A stretch of DNA of 64,000 nucleotides, from contig JAEUTA010000032.1 of the NCBI GenBank assembly GCA_016788205.1, forward strand, positions 16,394 to 80,393, given 5' to 3'. The notes beneath the pieces are model-generated. The model saw only the letters and a program-made list of their open reading frames with translations, had not been told where the DNA came from and did no database searches. Position numbers and translations under genes: made by a program. Numbering within the stretch: position 1 is the stretch's first letter; each line of letters starts with the position of its first letter. Source of the stretch: Flavobacteriales bacterium. Its GTDB lineage: Bacteria > Bacteroidota > Bacteroidia > Flavobacteriales_F > PHOS-HE28. This document shows positions 49,805 to 59,144 of this stretch, in pieces.

Positions 49805-50568
49805 CGGCGGAAGAGTCGTTCGGCGTTGGAGGTGGTGATGGATGCGATCTCGGCGACGGTGCGCCCCGCGGCCAGTGACAGCTTTTCAGCGATGTGTGGG
49901 ATGTAGCTGCTTTCGTTGCGTTTACCGCGATACGGCACCGGCGCGAGGTAGGGCGCGTCGGTCTCCAACACGCAATGGTCCGGACCCACGACCTGCATGG
50001 TCTCGAACAGGCCGCCTCGCGGATAGGTGATCACACCACCGATACCGAGTACGAAACCACCGAGCGCGATGATGCGTTGCGCTTCTTCCGGCGAACCCGT
50101 GAAACAATGGAACACGCCGCGCAGGCCTTCGGTGTTCTCGTCCTCTACGATGGCGATGGTCTCGGCGAAACTATTGCGGCAATGGATCGCGATGGGCAGA
50201 TCCAGCTCCTTGGCCCAGCGCACATGCTGGCGGAAAACCTCCTGTTGCTGCGCGAGCCAGGTCTTGTCCCAATAGAGGTCGATGCCGATCTCGCCCACGG
50301 CACAGTAGCGACCCGTTCGTAGCAAGCGCTCCACCTCTTCCATGGCCACATCGTTGTGCTCCACCACCGAGCAAGGATGCAGGCCCATCATGGCGAAGCA
50401 ACTCTCGGGGTGTGCAGCAGCCAAGGCATCCATACCTTCGATGCTATCGTGGTCCACGTTCGGGAGGAAGAGCTTCTTCACGCCAGCGTCCAACGCGCGT
50501 TGGAGCATGGCTTCGCGATCAGCGGCGAACTGTTGGTGGTAGAGGTGTGCGTGGGTATCGATGAACAC
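49801..50568 (-). CDS. TatD family hydrolase
   Basis: IDTHAH, GLHP, GEIGID, IHCR, FHCF, LETDAPY; GTG start at 50568. Confidence 0.94.
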   Translation of the reverse strand: MFIDTHAHLYHQQFAADREAMLQRALDAGVKKLFLPNVDHDSIEGMDALAAAHPESCFAMMGLHPCSVVEHNDVAMEEVERLLRTGRYCAVGEIGIDLYWDKTWLAQQQEVFRQHVRWAKELDLPIAIHCRNSFAETIAIVEDENTEGLRGVFHCFTGSPEEAQRIIALGGFVLGIGGVITYPRGGLFETMQVVGPDHCVLETDAPYLAPVPYRGKRNESSYIPHIAEKLSLAAGRTVAEIASITTSNAERLFRR

Positions 50569-50588
50569 GGCAGCGAAGATACCGAGGG

Positions 50589-50724
50589 GACATGTGCCCA
50601 TGTGAGCATGTGCTCATGTGAACATGAATGCGCTCCTTGATGGAACACTCGGCTACTTTTGGGCGCCGCCATCGGCAGCTGTGGGTTCCATGTCCACATG
50701 CCCACATGGTCACATGCCCATATG
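50589..50724. repeat. Two inverted arrays of an 8-bp CATG-containing unit flanking a divergent promoter
   Basis: CATG at 50591, 50599, 50607, 50615, 50623 (unit nnCATGTG) and at 50689, 50697, 50705, 50713 (unit CACATGnn); TACTTTTG box at 50654 lies between the arrays. Confidence 0.85.
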
Positions 50725-51696
50725 AAACTCCTCGTCCTGCGTTTCTCCTCGATCGGTGACATCGTGCTGACCAGCCCGGTGCTGCGTTGCGTGAAGGAAC
50801 ACGTGAAGGATGTGGAACTGCATGTGGCAACGAAGGCGGCGTTCGCGGATCTCGTGCGCTACAACCCGCATGTGGATCGGGTACATGAGCTGAATGATGA
50901 TCTGAACGCGCTGATCACGGATCTTCAAAAGGAAGGGTTCGACGCGGTGATCGACCTGCACCACAACCTGCGCACTTCGCGGGTGAAACGTGCACTTGGC
51001 GTGAAGGCGTACAGCTTCCCCAAGTTGAACATCGAGAAGTGGTTGATTGTGAACTTCAAGATGGACCGGCTGCCGAAGCGGCACATCGTGGATCGTTACC
51101 TCAGCACGGTTGAAAATCTCGGCGTGAAGAACGATCAGCAGGGGCTTGAGCTATTCATTCCTCCGGAACGCGAAGTGGACCTGACCACGTTACCCGAGAA
51201 CCATCGCAACGGCTACACGGCCATTGCCATCGGCGCCGCGCATGCTACCAAACGCCTCACACCACACAAGCTCATCGACCTCGCCGCCTTGGTGCAGGGC
51301 CCGATCGTCCTCGTTGGCGGGAAGGAAGATCAAGCCGTTGCCCGGTCGATCGCCTCGGCAACGGGTGGGCGTGTGTTCGATGCCACGGGCAAGTACGACA
51401 TCCTGGGCAGCGCCTCGTTGATCAAACAGGCGCGTCGCGTGATCGCGCACGACAGCGGCGCCATGCACATCGCTTGCGCGTTCAAGCGACCCGTGATGAG
51501 CGTGTGGGGCAACACCATCCCGGAATTCGGCATGGGACCGTACATCCCTACGCATCCCGAACGCGCAAGGATCGCACAGGTGGATGTGCCGTGCCGTCCA
51601 TGTAGTAAGATCGGTTATGAGCATTGCCCTGAGGGTCATTTCCGCTGCATGGAGAAACATGATCTTGCGGCCATCGCCACCTTCGCATCCGAATGA
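50722..51696 (+). CDS. Glycosyltransferase family 9 (heptosyltransferase-like)
   Basis: LRFSSIGDIVL..P, FDAVIDLH...R, IAHDSG.MHIA.A...SVWG.T, C.PC..C. Confidence 0.93.
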   Translation: MKLLVLRFSSIGDIVLTSPVLRCVKEHVKDVELHVATKAAFADLVRYNPHVDRVHELNDDLNALITDLQKEGFDAVIDLHHNLRTSRVKRALGVKAYSFPKLNIEKWLIVNFKMDRLPKRHIVDRYLSTVENLGVKNDQQGLELFIPPEREVDLTTLPENHRNGYTAIAIGAAHATKRLTPHKLIDLAALVQGPIVLVGGKEDQAVARSIASATGGRVFDATGKYDILGSASLIKQARRVIAHDSGAMHIACAFKRPVMSVWGNTIPEFGMGPYIPTHPERARIAQVDVPCRPCSKIGYEHCPEGHFRCMEKHDLAAIATFASE

Positions 51697-52052
51697 GCTG
51701 GGACATCTTCATCCAGGACCTGCCGGACGTGCCATCGATCAACGATGTGCCGGCCACGCACCGACCTAAACCCATCGGCGATCGCGCCACCATCGTTGCC
51801 AAGATCAAAGAGGCCGTTCCCTTCGCCGATGAACAGGACGACTGGGTGTTCATCCGCCAGCCGGGCATGGACATCAGCTTGCAGCTTCACATGGAGAACG
51901 CCGACCTGGTGCGCTACGTGGTCGCACACGTGCACAGTGGCGATCAAAGTGCGGCGTGCATAGCGGCCATCCTGCGCTCACTCAACCTGCGCGCGCACGA
52001 CACGGCCACAGGCGAGTTGTTCGATGGCAACAGTCTTGACGAGAGCCTTTAA
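51693..52052 (+). CDS. Hypothetical protein
   Basis: 119-aa ORF (MSWDIFIQDLP..) with ATGA overlap to the GT9 gene and host-like codons. Confidence 0.75.
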   Translation: MSWDIFIQDLPDVPSINDVPATHRPKPIGDRATIVAKIKEAVPFADEQDDWVFIRQPGMDISLQLHMENADLVRYVVAHVHSGDQSAACIAAILRSLNLRAHDTATGELFDGNSLDESL

Positions 52053-52056
52053 CGGA

Positions 52057-52572
52057 TCAGTCGAAGAGCGCACGTAGTTCGTTCGCGTCCTCGGCCTTCA
52101 TCTTGCCGCTAAGGATCAAACGCAGCTGACGGCGTCGTAATGCACCATCATAGCGCTTCTGTTCATCCTCGTTCTGCGGGACCACATCGGGGACCGCGCA
52201 CGATCGGCCCGCCTGGTCCACGGCCACGAAGGTGTAGATGGCACTATTGGCCATGATCTTCTCCCCCGTCTGTTGGTCCTCCACCCACACATCGGCCCAC
52301 ACTTCCATACTGGTACCAAAGCCACGGCTCACATGGCTCTTGATGGTAACGAAATCGCCCAGTTTGATCGGCCGATCGAAACCCACGTGGTTGACGGCGA
52401 CAGTAACAACGAGCCGTTTGCAATGCCGGTGCGCACTGATGGCGCAATTGATGTCGAGCCACTTCAGCAATTGACCACCAAAGAGGTTGCCCATGGTATT
52501 GGTATCGTTCGGGAGCACCAGGTGGGTGGTCTCTGCGTAGCTCTCGGTACTGGGTCGTGGCGCTTTCGTCAT
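52057..52572 (-). CDS. Acyl-CoA thioesterase (hotdog fold)
   Basis: VLPNDTN..GNLFGG.LL.W.D, VVTV.V..V.F..PI..GD, FVAVD; TACCTTCG box at 52580. Confidence 0.93.
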   Translation of the reverse strand: MTKAPRPSTESYAETTHLVLPNDTNTMGNLFGGQLLKWLDINCAISAHRHCKRLVVTVAVNHVGFDRPIKLGDFVTIKSHVSRGFGTSMEVWADVWVEDQQTGEKIMANSAIYTFVAVDQAGRSCAVPDVVPQNEDEQKRYDGALRRRQLRLILSGKMKAEDANELRALFD

Positions 52573-52621
52573 CGCGGCGCGAAGGTAGAGCGGGAAGCCG
52601 CGTTATATTTGAAAGACCGCC

Positions 52622-53190
52622 ATGACGACCACAGCCGCCGAGATCCCTGCATTACTGAAAGCGCTGCACCTGTTCGCGCTCATCGTCTTCTTCGCCGGCA
52701 CCTTCCACATCGTTCGCCTTTATGTGGCGCATCGGAGCGCGATGGCGCGATGGGAGCCTGATCGGAAAGTGCTGCTGGACCAGTTCACCGGCATGGAACG
52801 CAGGGCGCTCTACTTCGTCATCTGGCCGGCCTTCGCGGCCTTCATCCTTCTTGGTGGCTGGATCATCTCCATTCGACCTGCGTTGTGAAGGAGCCGTTCA
52901 TGCACGTACTATTGGGCTATCTCGCCCTGCTGCTCGCCTATCATCTTAGCGTGCACCGGTTACACGGTCGCCTCAAGCGCGGTGAAGTCAAATGGTCCGC
53001 GTTCCAGTTGACGCTATGGTCACAAGGCGCTACCCTTTTCCTTTTCGTACTGGTGGTGCTCTTGATCTTCCGCACACGGATGGGGTGGGTCTGGGGTTCA
53101 CTGGGCTTGCTTGCCATGGGGGCCGTAGTGATGTTGGTGGTCAATAGCATGCGCGGCAAGGGCACGTCAGAGCAGAAGGACCATGCTTGA
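52622..53190 (+). pseudogene. HemJ/CopD-like membrane protein split into two ORFs (52622-52888 and 52885-53190) by an apparent 1-nt deletion
   Basis: Part 1 is KALH..FAG.F.I.RL..H..MERR....WP; part 2 is EPFMH..L...L.AYH..S..L..WSQ.AT. One extra T at GCG TTG|TG AAG would fuse them into ~189 aa. Confidence 0.65.
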
Positions 53191-53641
53191 ACTGCGCACA
53201 CCGGCCCCGGACTTCGAGCTGCTGGACCAAGATGGTGAGCCTGTGCGCCTCAGCTCCTTTCGCGGCCAGCACAATGTGGTGCTCTTTTTCTACCCGAAGG
53301 ACAATACCCGCATCTGCACCTTGGAGGTCTGTGCTTTCCGGGACGCGCACCCGGCCATGACCGATCAGGATGCCGTGGTGTTCGGCATCAGCAGTGACCC
53401 TGTGGGGTCGCATCACTCCTTCTCTCAACGCTGGAAGCTTCCGTACCGTCTATTGTCCGATACGGACGGCGCCGTGCGCAACGCCTACCGCGTTAACCGC
53501 ACACTGGGCCTTTTCCCGGGCCGTGTCACGTACGTCATCGACCATGAAGGCATCATCCGCGGCGCGGTGAACGATCCGCTCAGCGCATCGCGACATGTCC
53601 GCGAAGCGTTGGACTTACTGAAAGCTCAGAGCACGTCGTAG
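53183..53641 (+). CDS. bcp: Peroxiredoxin, BCP/PrxQ family
   Basis: APDFEL.DQ.G, FFYPKD.T..CT.E.C.FRD, YRLLSD, RVTYVID..G.IR. Confidence 0.88.
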   Translation: MLELRTPAPDFELLDQDGEPVRLSSFRGQHNVVLFFYPKDNTRICTLEVCAFRDAHPAMTDQDAVVFGISSDPVGSHHSFSQRWKLPYRLLSDTDGAVRNAYRVNRTLGLFPGRVTYVIDHEGIIRGAVNDPLSASRHVREALDLLKAQSTS

Positions 53642-54270
53642 AACAGCACGCGACCATCGTCCGTGCCGATCAGCAGGTAATTCTCCCACAGCAACAATGG
53701 TGCGAGGTGGTGCTGATCCTTGTTCTCTGGAAAGCTGATGGTGCGCGTCACCTTTCCGTCGGTCCCCACGAACTCCACGATGCCCTTTTTGCCAGCCCGT
53801 ACCGTGACATCGCCGATCTTCAATTCCTTCTGCTGATAGAAACGATCGAAGGAGGAATTGGACATCTCCAGGCCCATCGCCTTCACCTGACGGGGGTCTG
53901 GGATCCAGCGATGCGTATTGATCACCTTTTCCTGATGGCCGTCAGCAGCGCTCCACACGGTGCGTTTCCCGCTGGGTCCGATCAGCACCACGAGCTCTCC
54001 ATTCTCATTGAATCCGGTGTGGTAAACGGCTGTCGCGCCGTCTTCTCCGTACGGATAGGCGAACACCTTCTTGCCGCTTTCTATCTCGTGCAACACTGCG
54101 CCGTTGTTCGTGCCTACTAGCACCCGATCACCCTTCGGCGCGATGGCGAACGCGGTGACCTCCGCCTTACCGGTCTTGATGGTGCGGGAAGGTGCTTCGG
54201 AAACGGTTTGTGCAGTAGTGAACCGCACCACGCCGACCGCAACGGCCAGCAGCAATGAACGCATGCTCAT
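53626..54270 (-). CDS. Secreted protein with a few WD40-like blades
   Basis: Signal MSMRSLLLAVAVG..TAQ; VTAFAIAPKGDRVLVG, GFNENG, LLIGTDDGRVLFYDV. Confidence 0.7.
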   Translation of the reverse strand: MSMRSLLLAVAVGVVRFTTAQTVSEAPSRTIKTGKAEVTAFAIAPKGDRVLVGTNNGAVLHEIESGKKVFAYPYGEDGATAVYHTGFNENGELVVLIGPSGKRTVWSAADGHQEKVINTHRWIPDPRQVKAMGLEMSNSSFDRFYQQKELKIGDVTVRAGKKGIVEFVGTDGKVTRTISFPENKDQHHLAPLLLWENYLLIGTDDGRVLFYDVL

Positions 54271-54272
54271 GA

Positions 54273-54680
54273 TCAAGCTTGTTCTACGAGGTGATGTTGC
54301 TGCTGCAACCATACCAGCGCTTTCTCCTGGTCCGGGAACATCTGGATGGGGCGATGCGGCTTGTTGTGGCGTACGAAGACATTGGCAGCGAGCTGATGAC
54401 CGAAGTCACGTACTACGATGGCATCAGCGGCGATGTACCTGCACGACTCTTCCGAGGACGCATGGGCACGGGCTTCTCCCGTCATACTGGTGCCTTCACC
54501 CACGGACACCATCAGCAAGGCTTTGCGACCCTGGCGTTCCTGCTCGATCGCATCGAACATCGCCTGCACCTCTTCGGGTCGCACCATGTGCTGATCCTTG
54601 AAATGGGTGTGCACGATGTCCCCATCCAAAAAGGCCACTGTACAGGCCTCAAGCTCCACGACATGCATCGTCTCCATCAT
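54273..54680 (-). CDS. Small SpoIIAA/STAS-SEC14-like protein
   Basis: Pattern ..EAR...A.AIVV..LAANVF..P..PI.MF.D.E.AL.WL, recalled from Bacteroidota STAS/SEC14-like proteins. Confidence 0.7.
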   Translation of the reverse strand: MMETMHVVELEACTVAFLDGDIVHTHFKDQHMVRPEEVQAMFDAIEQERQGRKALLMVSVGEGTSMTGEARAHASSEESCRYIAADAIVVRDFGHQLAANVFVRHNKPHRPIQMFPDQEKALVWLQQQHHLVEQA

Positions 54681-54735
54681 ATTCAGGTACGAAGTTAAGA
54701 CCATCGCGTACCCATCGGGGCACGCCGCGAGAAGC

Positions 54736-55755
54736 TTAACGCACCAGCAGCCAGGCCTGTGCCGAACCTTCGCCCCTGATGGTCGCGAGCGCGTTCAACG
54801 CTTCAGTGCGATCGGCATAGCTGCCGAACACCACCGGATGCAGCTCGCCGTAGCGTGCCAAGCGCCGTGCCGGATAGCCCTTGTCCTGCAATTCCTTCAG
54901 CAGACGATCGGCGTTCTCGGGCTGCGCGAAGCAACCACCCACCAGATGGAAACGCAGCGCAATACCGGTCTTCTTGGGGATCGCTACTGCCGTGGTGTCC
55001 GCAGGGGCGGCACCCATGTCCACGGTCAACGAAACGCTATCGTTATCGGTGAGCGGGAAGGTCTGCACACCAAAGGCGCCTTCGGGAAGGGCGAACATCG
55101 AAGCACGTGCCACCATGGGCGCCACCGGCACCGGAGCTTCCGCGTACGTCGATGTCGGTCGGGAGCCGAAAGCGAAAGCTCCCGTACCACCGTTGAGCCC
55201 GATGAAGGTGCCCACAGCCCCCGCAGTGAGCAACAGTGCGATGCCGGCCGCGGCGGCCCAGTTGAAACCACCCTTTTCCCGGACCACGGCATCTACCCGG
55301 GGTAGCGGAATGACCTGGGGTTCACGGGGTACCTCGCGCAGCACCGGGGTTGCGGTTACAGGACGCAGGCCGAAGGCTTCCTTCAAGAAGTTGGCGCGAT
55401 CGTCCGGATCGAACTGCAAGTTGCGCTGTGCATCGCGGTAGAAGATGCCGATGCGCGGCAATTCCAAGCGACCGGTGCTGTCCAACGCGGCGCGCCAAGC
55501 CGCTACCTCACCCTCAATGATGCTGTTGGCCGAGGCGAAACCGACCTCATCGCGCTTGGCGATCCGATCGGTGAGCAGGCCATCGTTGCGTAGCAGGTGG
55601 CGGTTGAAACCCACATCCTTGCTGGGCGGGTGGATCACGTGCCGGGCTTGGTCCAAACGGGCCGGACGGTATTGCGCCAAGAAACCTCCCCATCCGGGTA
55701 CGATCACACAATCGTGCTCGAAAAGAAGGTCGTGCAGGTCGCGTTCCAGTGCCAT
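54736..55755 (-). CDS. HU-like (CCDC81) and SPOR domain protein
   Basis: LL.EHDCVIVPG.GGF..Y.PA..PP.K...FN..L..NDGLL; C-terminal FHLVGG.F...NA SPOR motif. Confidence 0.88.
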   Translation of the reverse strand: MALERDLHDLLFEHDCVIVPGWGGFLAQYRPARLDQARHVIHPPSKDVGFNRHLLRNDGLLTDRIAKRDEVGFASANSIIEGEVAAWRAALDSTGRLELPRIGIFYRDAQRNLQFDPDDRANFLKEAFGLRPVTATPVLREVPREPQVIPLPRVDAVVREKGGFNWAAAAGIALLLTAGAVGTFIGLNGGTGAFAFGSRPTSTYAEAPVPVAPMVARASMFALPEGAFGVQTFPLTDNDSVSLTVDMGAAPADTTAVAIPKKTGIALRFHLVGGCFAQPENADRLLKELQDKGYPARRLARYGELHPVVFGSYADRTEALNALATIRGEGSAQAWLLVR

Positions 55756-55899
55756 GTTCCGGCGTGCAAGATATCCTTCATCGGGCTACCCGGGGCACCA
55801 CGATCTCCCATTGACATGCCGTCGACAGGGATGGTGCTCGGACTCAACGGCATACTACGCCCCTGAGTTGCGCGCAACGCTTCTTCGCTGATATACCGG

Positions 55900-56655
55900 T
55901 CAACCCTCGGCCAACCGTCGGGCTTCTTCCAGGTCCGCGGGAGTGTCCACGCAGAATGAAGGATGCTGGGTAAGACCCACCCGTACGCTGAACCCGTTCT
56001 CCAACCACCGCAATTGCTCCAAGGATTCGGCTAGCTCGAGTGGCGATGGCTTCAGAGCCACCAACTTGGCCAGTACGGGGGTGCGGTAGGCATAAAGGCC
56101 GATATGCTTCAGAAAACGGAACGCCTGGTGCCGTGGCCCCTGGGCGCGGTTGCGCAGCACCGGTATGGCGGCCCGGCTGAAGTAGAGCGCATCGCCATGC
56201 ACATCAACGGTGATCTTCACTTTGCCGGGATCATCAAGATCACGGTCATCGGTAAGGTGGTGGGCAAGCGTGGCCAGACCGCCGGAGGAAACGGTGAGCG
56301 TAGCACAGAGCTCATCGATCTGTGCCGGCACCAGGAACGGCTCATCCCCCTGTATGTTCACCACGGCATCGAACCGATCGGCGCCAACATTGGCGAGCGC
56401 TTCGTAACAGCGGTCAGTACCACTGGGGTGCGCAGGGTCCGTCATGACCACCTTGCCGCCGATGTCCACGACATGGTCGAATATGCGCTGATCATCCGTG
56501 GCCACCACCACGTGGCTGAGCGTAGTGGCTTGGGTAGCACGTTCCAGCACGCGCTGGATCATGGTCTTGCCTCCGATGTCGGCCAAGGGTTTGGCGGGCA
56601 GTCGCGTACTGGCGTAACGCGCGGGGATGATGCCGAGGAAGCGGAGCGTACTCAT
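55900..56655 (-). CDS. kdsB: 3-deoxy-manno-octulosonate cytidylyltransferase
   Basis: IIPARYASTRLP.KPL..I.GK.MI, VATDD, SGTDR, VNIQGDEP, ALYFSRA.IP, LEQLRWLE. Confidence 0.96.
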   Translation of the reverse strand: MSTLRFLGIIPARYASTRLPAKPLADIGGKTMIQRVLERATQATTLSHVVVATDDQRIFDHVVDIGGKVVMTDPAHPSGTDRCYEALANVGADRFDAVVNIQGDEPFLVPAQIDELCATLTVSSGGLATLAHHLTDDRDLDDPGKVKITVDVHGDALYFSRAAIPVLRNRAQGPRHQAFRFLKHIGLYAYRTPVLAKLVALKPSPLELAESLEQLRWLENGFSVRVGLTQHPSFCVDTPADLEEARRLAEG

Positions 56656-56674
56656 GCTTGCGAAGGAACGATGA

Positions 56675-59059
56675 TCACAAGTTCATGCTCAACTGCACCT
56701 GCATGCTTCGAGGGGCTTCAATGGCGAGCGGGCGCATGGCATAGGACCTGTTGCCGATATTGTTCACGATGAGCGCCGCACGGAGCTGGTCCGTCAACTC
56801 CAGGCCGACGCGGCCGTCCACGATCACATCGCCAGTGGTATGGCTCTCCATCCACTTCCGCACGCCGGTGTCGAGTATCCCGCTCAGATCATCCAGCGAA
56901 ACGAAGGCGACATCGATATTGCGCACATGGCTGTTGTAGCGCACGCTGCCGCCTACGAAGATGCGCTTGTAGTCCACCTGTACATCGGCACGGAAGAGTT
57001 GGCGTATGCGGAACTTGAGCACATTGCCCGTGGTGTCGTAGCTGGTGTTGGCATAGGTGGCCGGGGCGAAGTAGGAGCCCGTGGAGGAGTTCGCATATTG
57101 CTGGTGCGGCGTGGTGCTGATGGGCAGTGTATTGGTGAACCCCATGAGCGTGGCGATCTCCACCGCCCCTATCCTACCCTTGCCGGTCAGTTCCAGTTCG
57201 TAACCGGTAACCCGCGCACCACCGGTGTTCACGCTCTTGAAGCCGAGGGAGTTCGTTCCTGCGCTGATCGGACCCCATTGCCCGAAGGTGAACTCCACAT
57301 AGTTCTCGAAGTCCTGCTGGAACACCACGGCATCCACATAACCCATGAAGTTGCCGATCTTGAAACCTTGTTTGATGCCCCCTTCCACGTTCCAGCTCTG
57401 TTCCGGCGCGAGCGTCGGGTTCGGGAACACCTTCAGTGCGCCCACGCTGGTGCTGATGAAACGCTCGCCGATGGTGGGGAACCGGAAGCCCTGTCCATAG
57501 CTGGCACGCAGGTAGGTGGCCTTCATCACCTGGTAGGTGGCTCCTGTGCGGAAGACCGGCTGCGAAGCTTCATCCTCGTTCACCAGGAACCGCTCGTAGC
57601 GCACACCGGCGCTCAACGCCAGCTTCTCGAAGAGCTTCTTATCCACCTGTAGGTAACCAGCGGTGTTGGTCGCCTCGTTCAGGCCATCACCATTATCCCC
57701 ACCGGCATAGAGCTCCGCCTCGCTGGAGACCTTGCGCCAGACCACACCAGCGGTGAGCATGGTCTCCCCGAAGAGGTTCAACTTCTGTTGCACCTGATAC
57801 TCGCCGTGCAGCGTGGTGTTGCTGTTGCCCTGCCCGTTGTTGTTGTCGAATACCTGGCGGTGCAGCCGGCCGCGTACGGAATGGCGTGTACCGGCTTTCG
57901 AGAGGTAGTCCACGAACGGATCGATGTAGTACTGCGTGCCACGCGTGCGGGTCACCGTGCCCGGTTTGGGACGGTAGAGCCCATCCTCGATATCGTTCCA
58001 GATGAACACGCTGGTGCTGCGGCTCTTCATGGCGTTCGCGTTGATGCCGTAGCTAAGACCTTTCACTTTGCCATTACGCCACCGCGTGCCGATGTTGAAC
58101 CGTATGCGGTTCTCGTAACCACCGGTACCGGTGCGCAACGTGTCCACGGCGATGGTATCCGCTGCGATGGGTTCCGGACCGATGTAGCCATTATCGCCGA
58201 AAGCATTTCCACCCAGTACCAGATCGAACTTGCCGAACTGTTGTGCGTGAGAGAAATTGGCCCCACCGAGGAGGGGACTGTTATCTCCCCACCATCTCGC
58301 TGCGGGGTTGGCGGGCGAATCGTACATACCGGCGAAGACCGTTGCGCGTGTCGCAGGCTTATCGCGCGGATAAGCCGTCCGCACATTGATGACCCCGCTG
58401 AGCGCCGCGCTGCCATACAGCACGCTGCTTGCACCTTTGATCACCTCCACCTGTTCCAGGTTCTCGATGGGAAGGAAGGTCCAGTTGGGTCTGCCGATAT
58501 CGCCGCTCAGGATGGGCACACCGTCCACCAACACCTGCACCCGGCTACCGGCACCATAGCTGAAGCCGCTACCTGCCCGTATCTGCGGTTCTTCGTCCAC
58601 GATCACCACGCCGGGCACCTGGTCCAGTGCGTCGCTCAGAGTCACGATGTTCTTGTTGCGGATCAGTTCGGGCCGCAACACGCTCAAGGATTGGGTCACC
58701 TCGCCCACCCGTTGCTCGAACCGGCCGGCACTGATCACCACCATATCCAATTGCTGGGCCGATGGGCTCATCCGCACATCCAGCGTCAGCGAGCTACCCT
58801 CGGTCATGGTCACGACGCGCGTGAGCGTGCTGTAACCCACGAACGAGAACGTGATGGTGTAGGTACCCATCGGCAGGTCCATGGCATATGCACCCTGCAC
58901 ATCGGTGGCAGCGCCCTTGCCCGGAGCATGGGTCACGTTCACGCCGATCAGTGGTTCTCCACTCAGGCTGTCACGCACCATGCCTTTCAAGGATGTGTTC
59001 TGTGCCGCTGTACAGCAAGCGCTCGCCATCGCGAGGGACACGACCATCCACCTCAACAT
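56675..59059 (-). CDS. TonB-dependent outer-membrane receptor
   Basis: Start reset to MLRWMVV. CarboxypepD-like N-domain, plug (EQVEVIKGASSVLYGSAALSGVINV) and beta-barrel with L.PE.S.N.E.G. Confidence 0.92.
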   Translation of the reverse strand: MLRWMVVSLAMASACCTAAQNTSLKGMVRDSLSGEPLIGVNVTHAPGKGAATDVQGAYAMDLPMGTYTITFSFVGYSTLTRVVTMTEGSSLTLDVRMSPSAQQLDMVVISAGRFEQRVGEVTQSLSVLRPELIRNKNIVTLSDALDQVPGVVIVDEEPQIRAGSGFSYGAGSRVQVLVDGVPILSGDIGRPNWTFLPIENLEQVEVIKGASSVLYGSAALSGVINVRTAYPRDKPATRATVFAGMYDSPANPAARWWGDNSPLLGGANFSHAQQFGKFDLVLGGNAFGDNGYIGPEPIAADTIAVDTLRTGTGGYENRIRFNIGTRWRNGKVKGLSYGINANAMKSRSTSVFIWNDIEDGLYRPKPGTVTRTRGTQYYIDPFVDYLSKAGTRHSVRGRLHRQVFDNNNGQGNSNTTLHGEYQVQQKLNLFGETMLTAGVVWRKVSSEAELYAGGDNGDGLNEATNTAGYLQVDKKLFEKLALSAGVRYERFLVNEDEASQPVFRTGATYQVMKATYLRASYGQGFRFPTIGERFISTSVGALKVFPNPTLAPEQSWNVEGGIKQGFKIGNFMGYVDAVVFQQDFENYVEFTFGQWGPISAGTNSLGFKSVNTGGARVTGYELELTGKGRIGAVEIATLMGFTNTLPISTTPHQQYANSSTGSYFAPATYANTSYDTTGNVLKFRIRQLFRADVQVDYKRIFVGGSVRYNSHVRNIDVAFVSLDDLSGILDTGVRKWMESHTTGDVIVDGRVGLELTDQLRAALIVNNIGNRSYAMRPLAIEAPRSMQVQLSMNL

Positions 59060-59144
59060 GCTGCGCCTATATTCGTGTGCTCTCCCATTCTGTTCGCTGC
59101 GGCCGACAGGTCGCAGGTAAATGTAGAAAAAGGCCTTCCCGTTC

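Noticed and set aside
55756-55899. Possible ncRNA in the kdsB-SPOR spacer
   Set aside because: No convincing structure; it contains only a -7-like TATCTTGC box for the SPOR gene.
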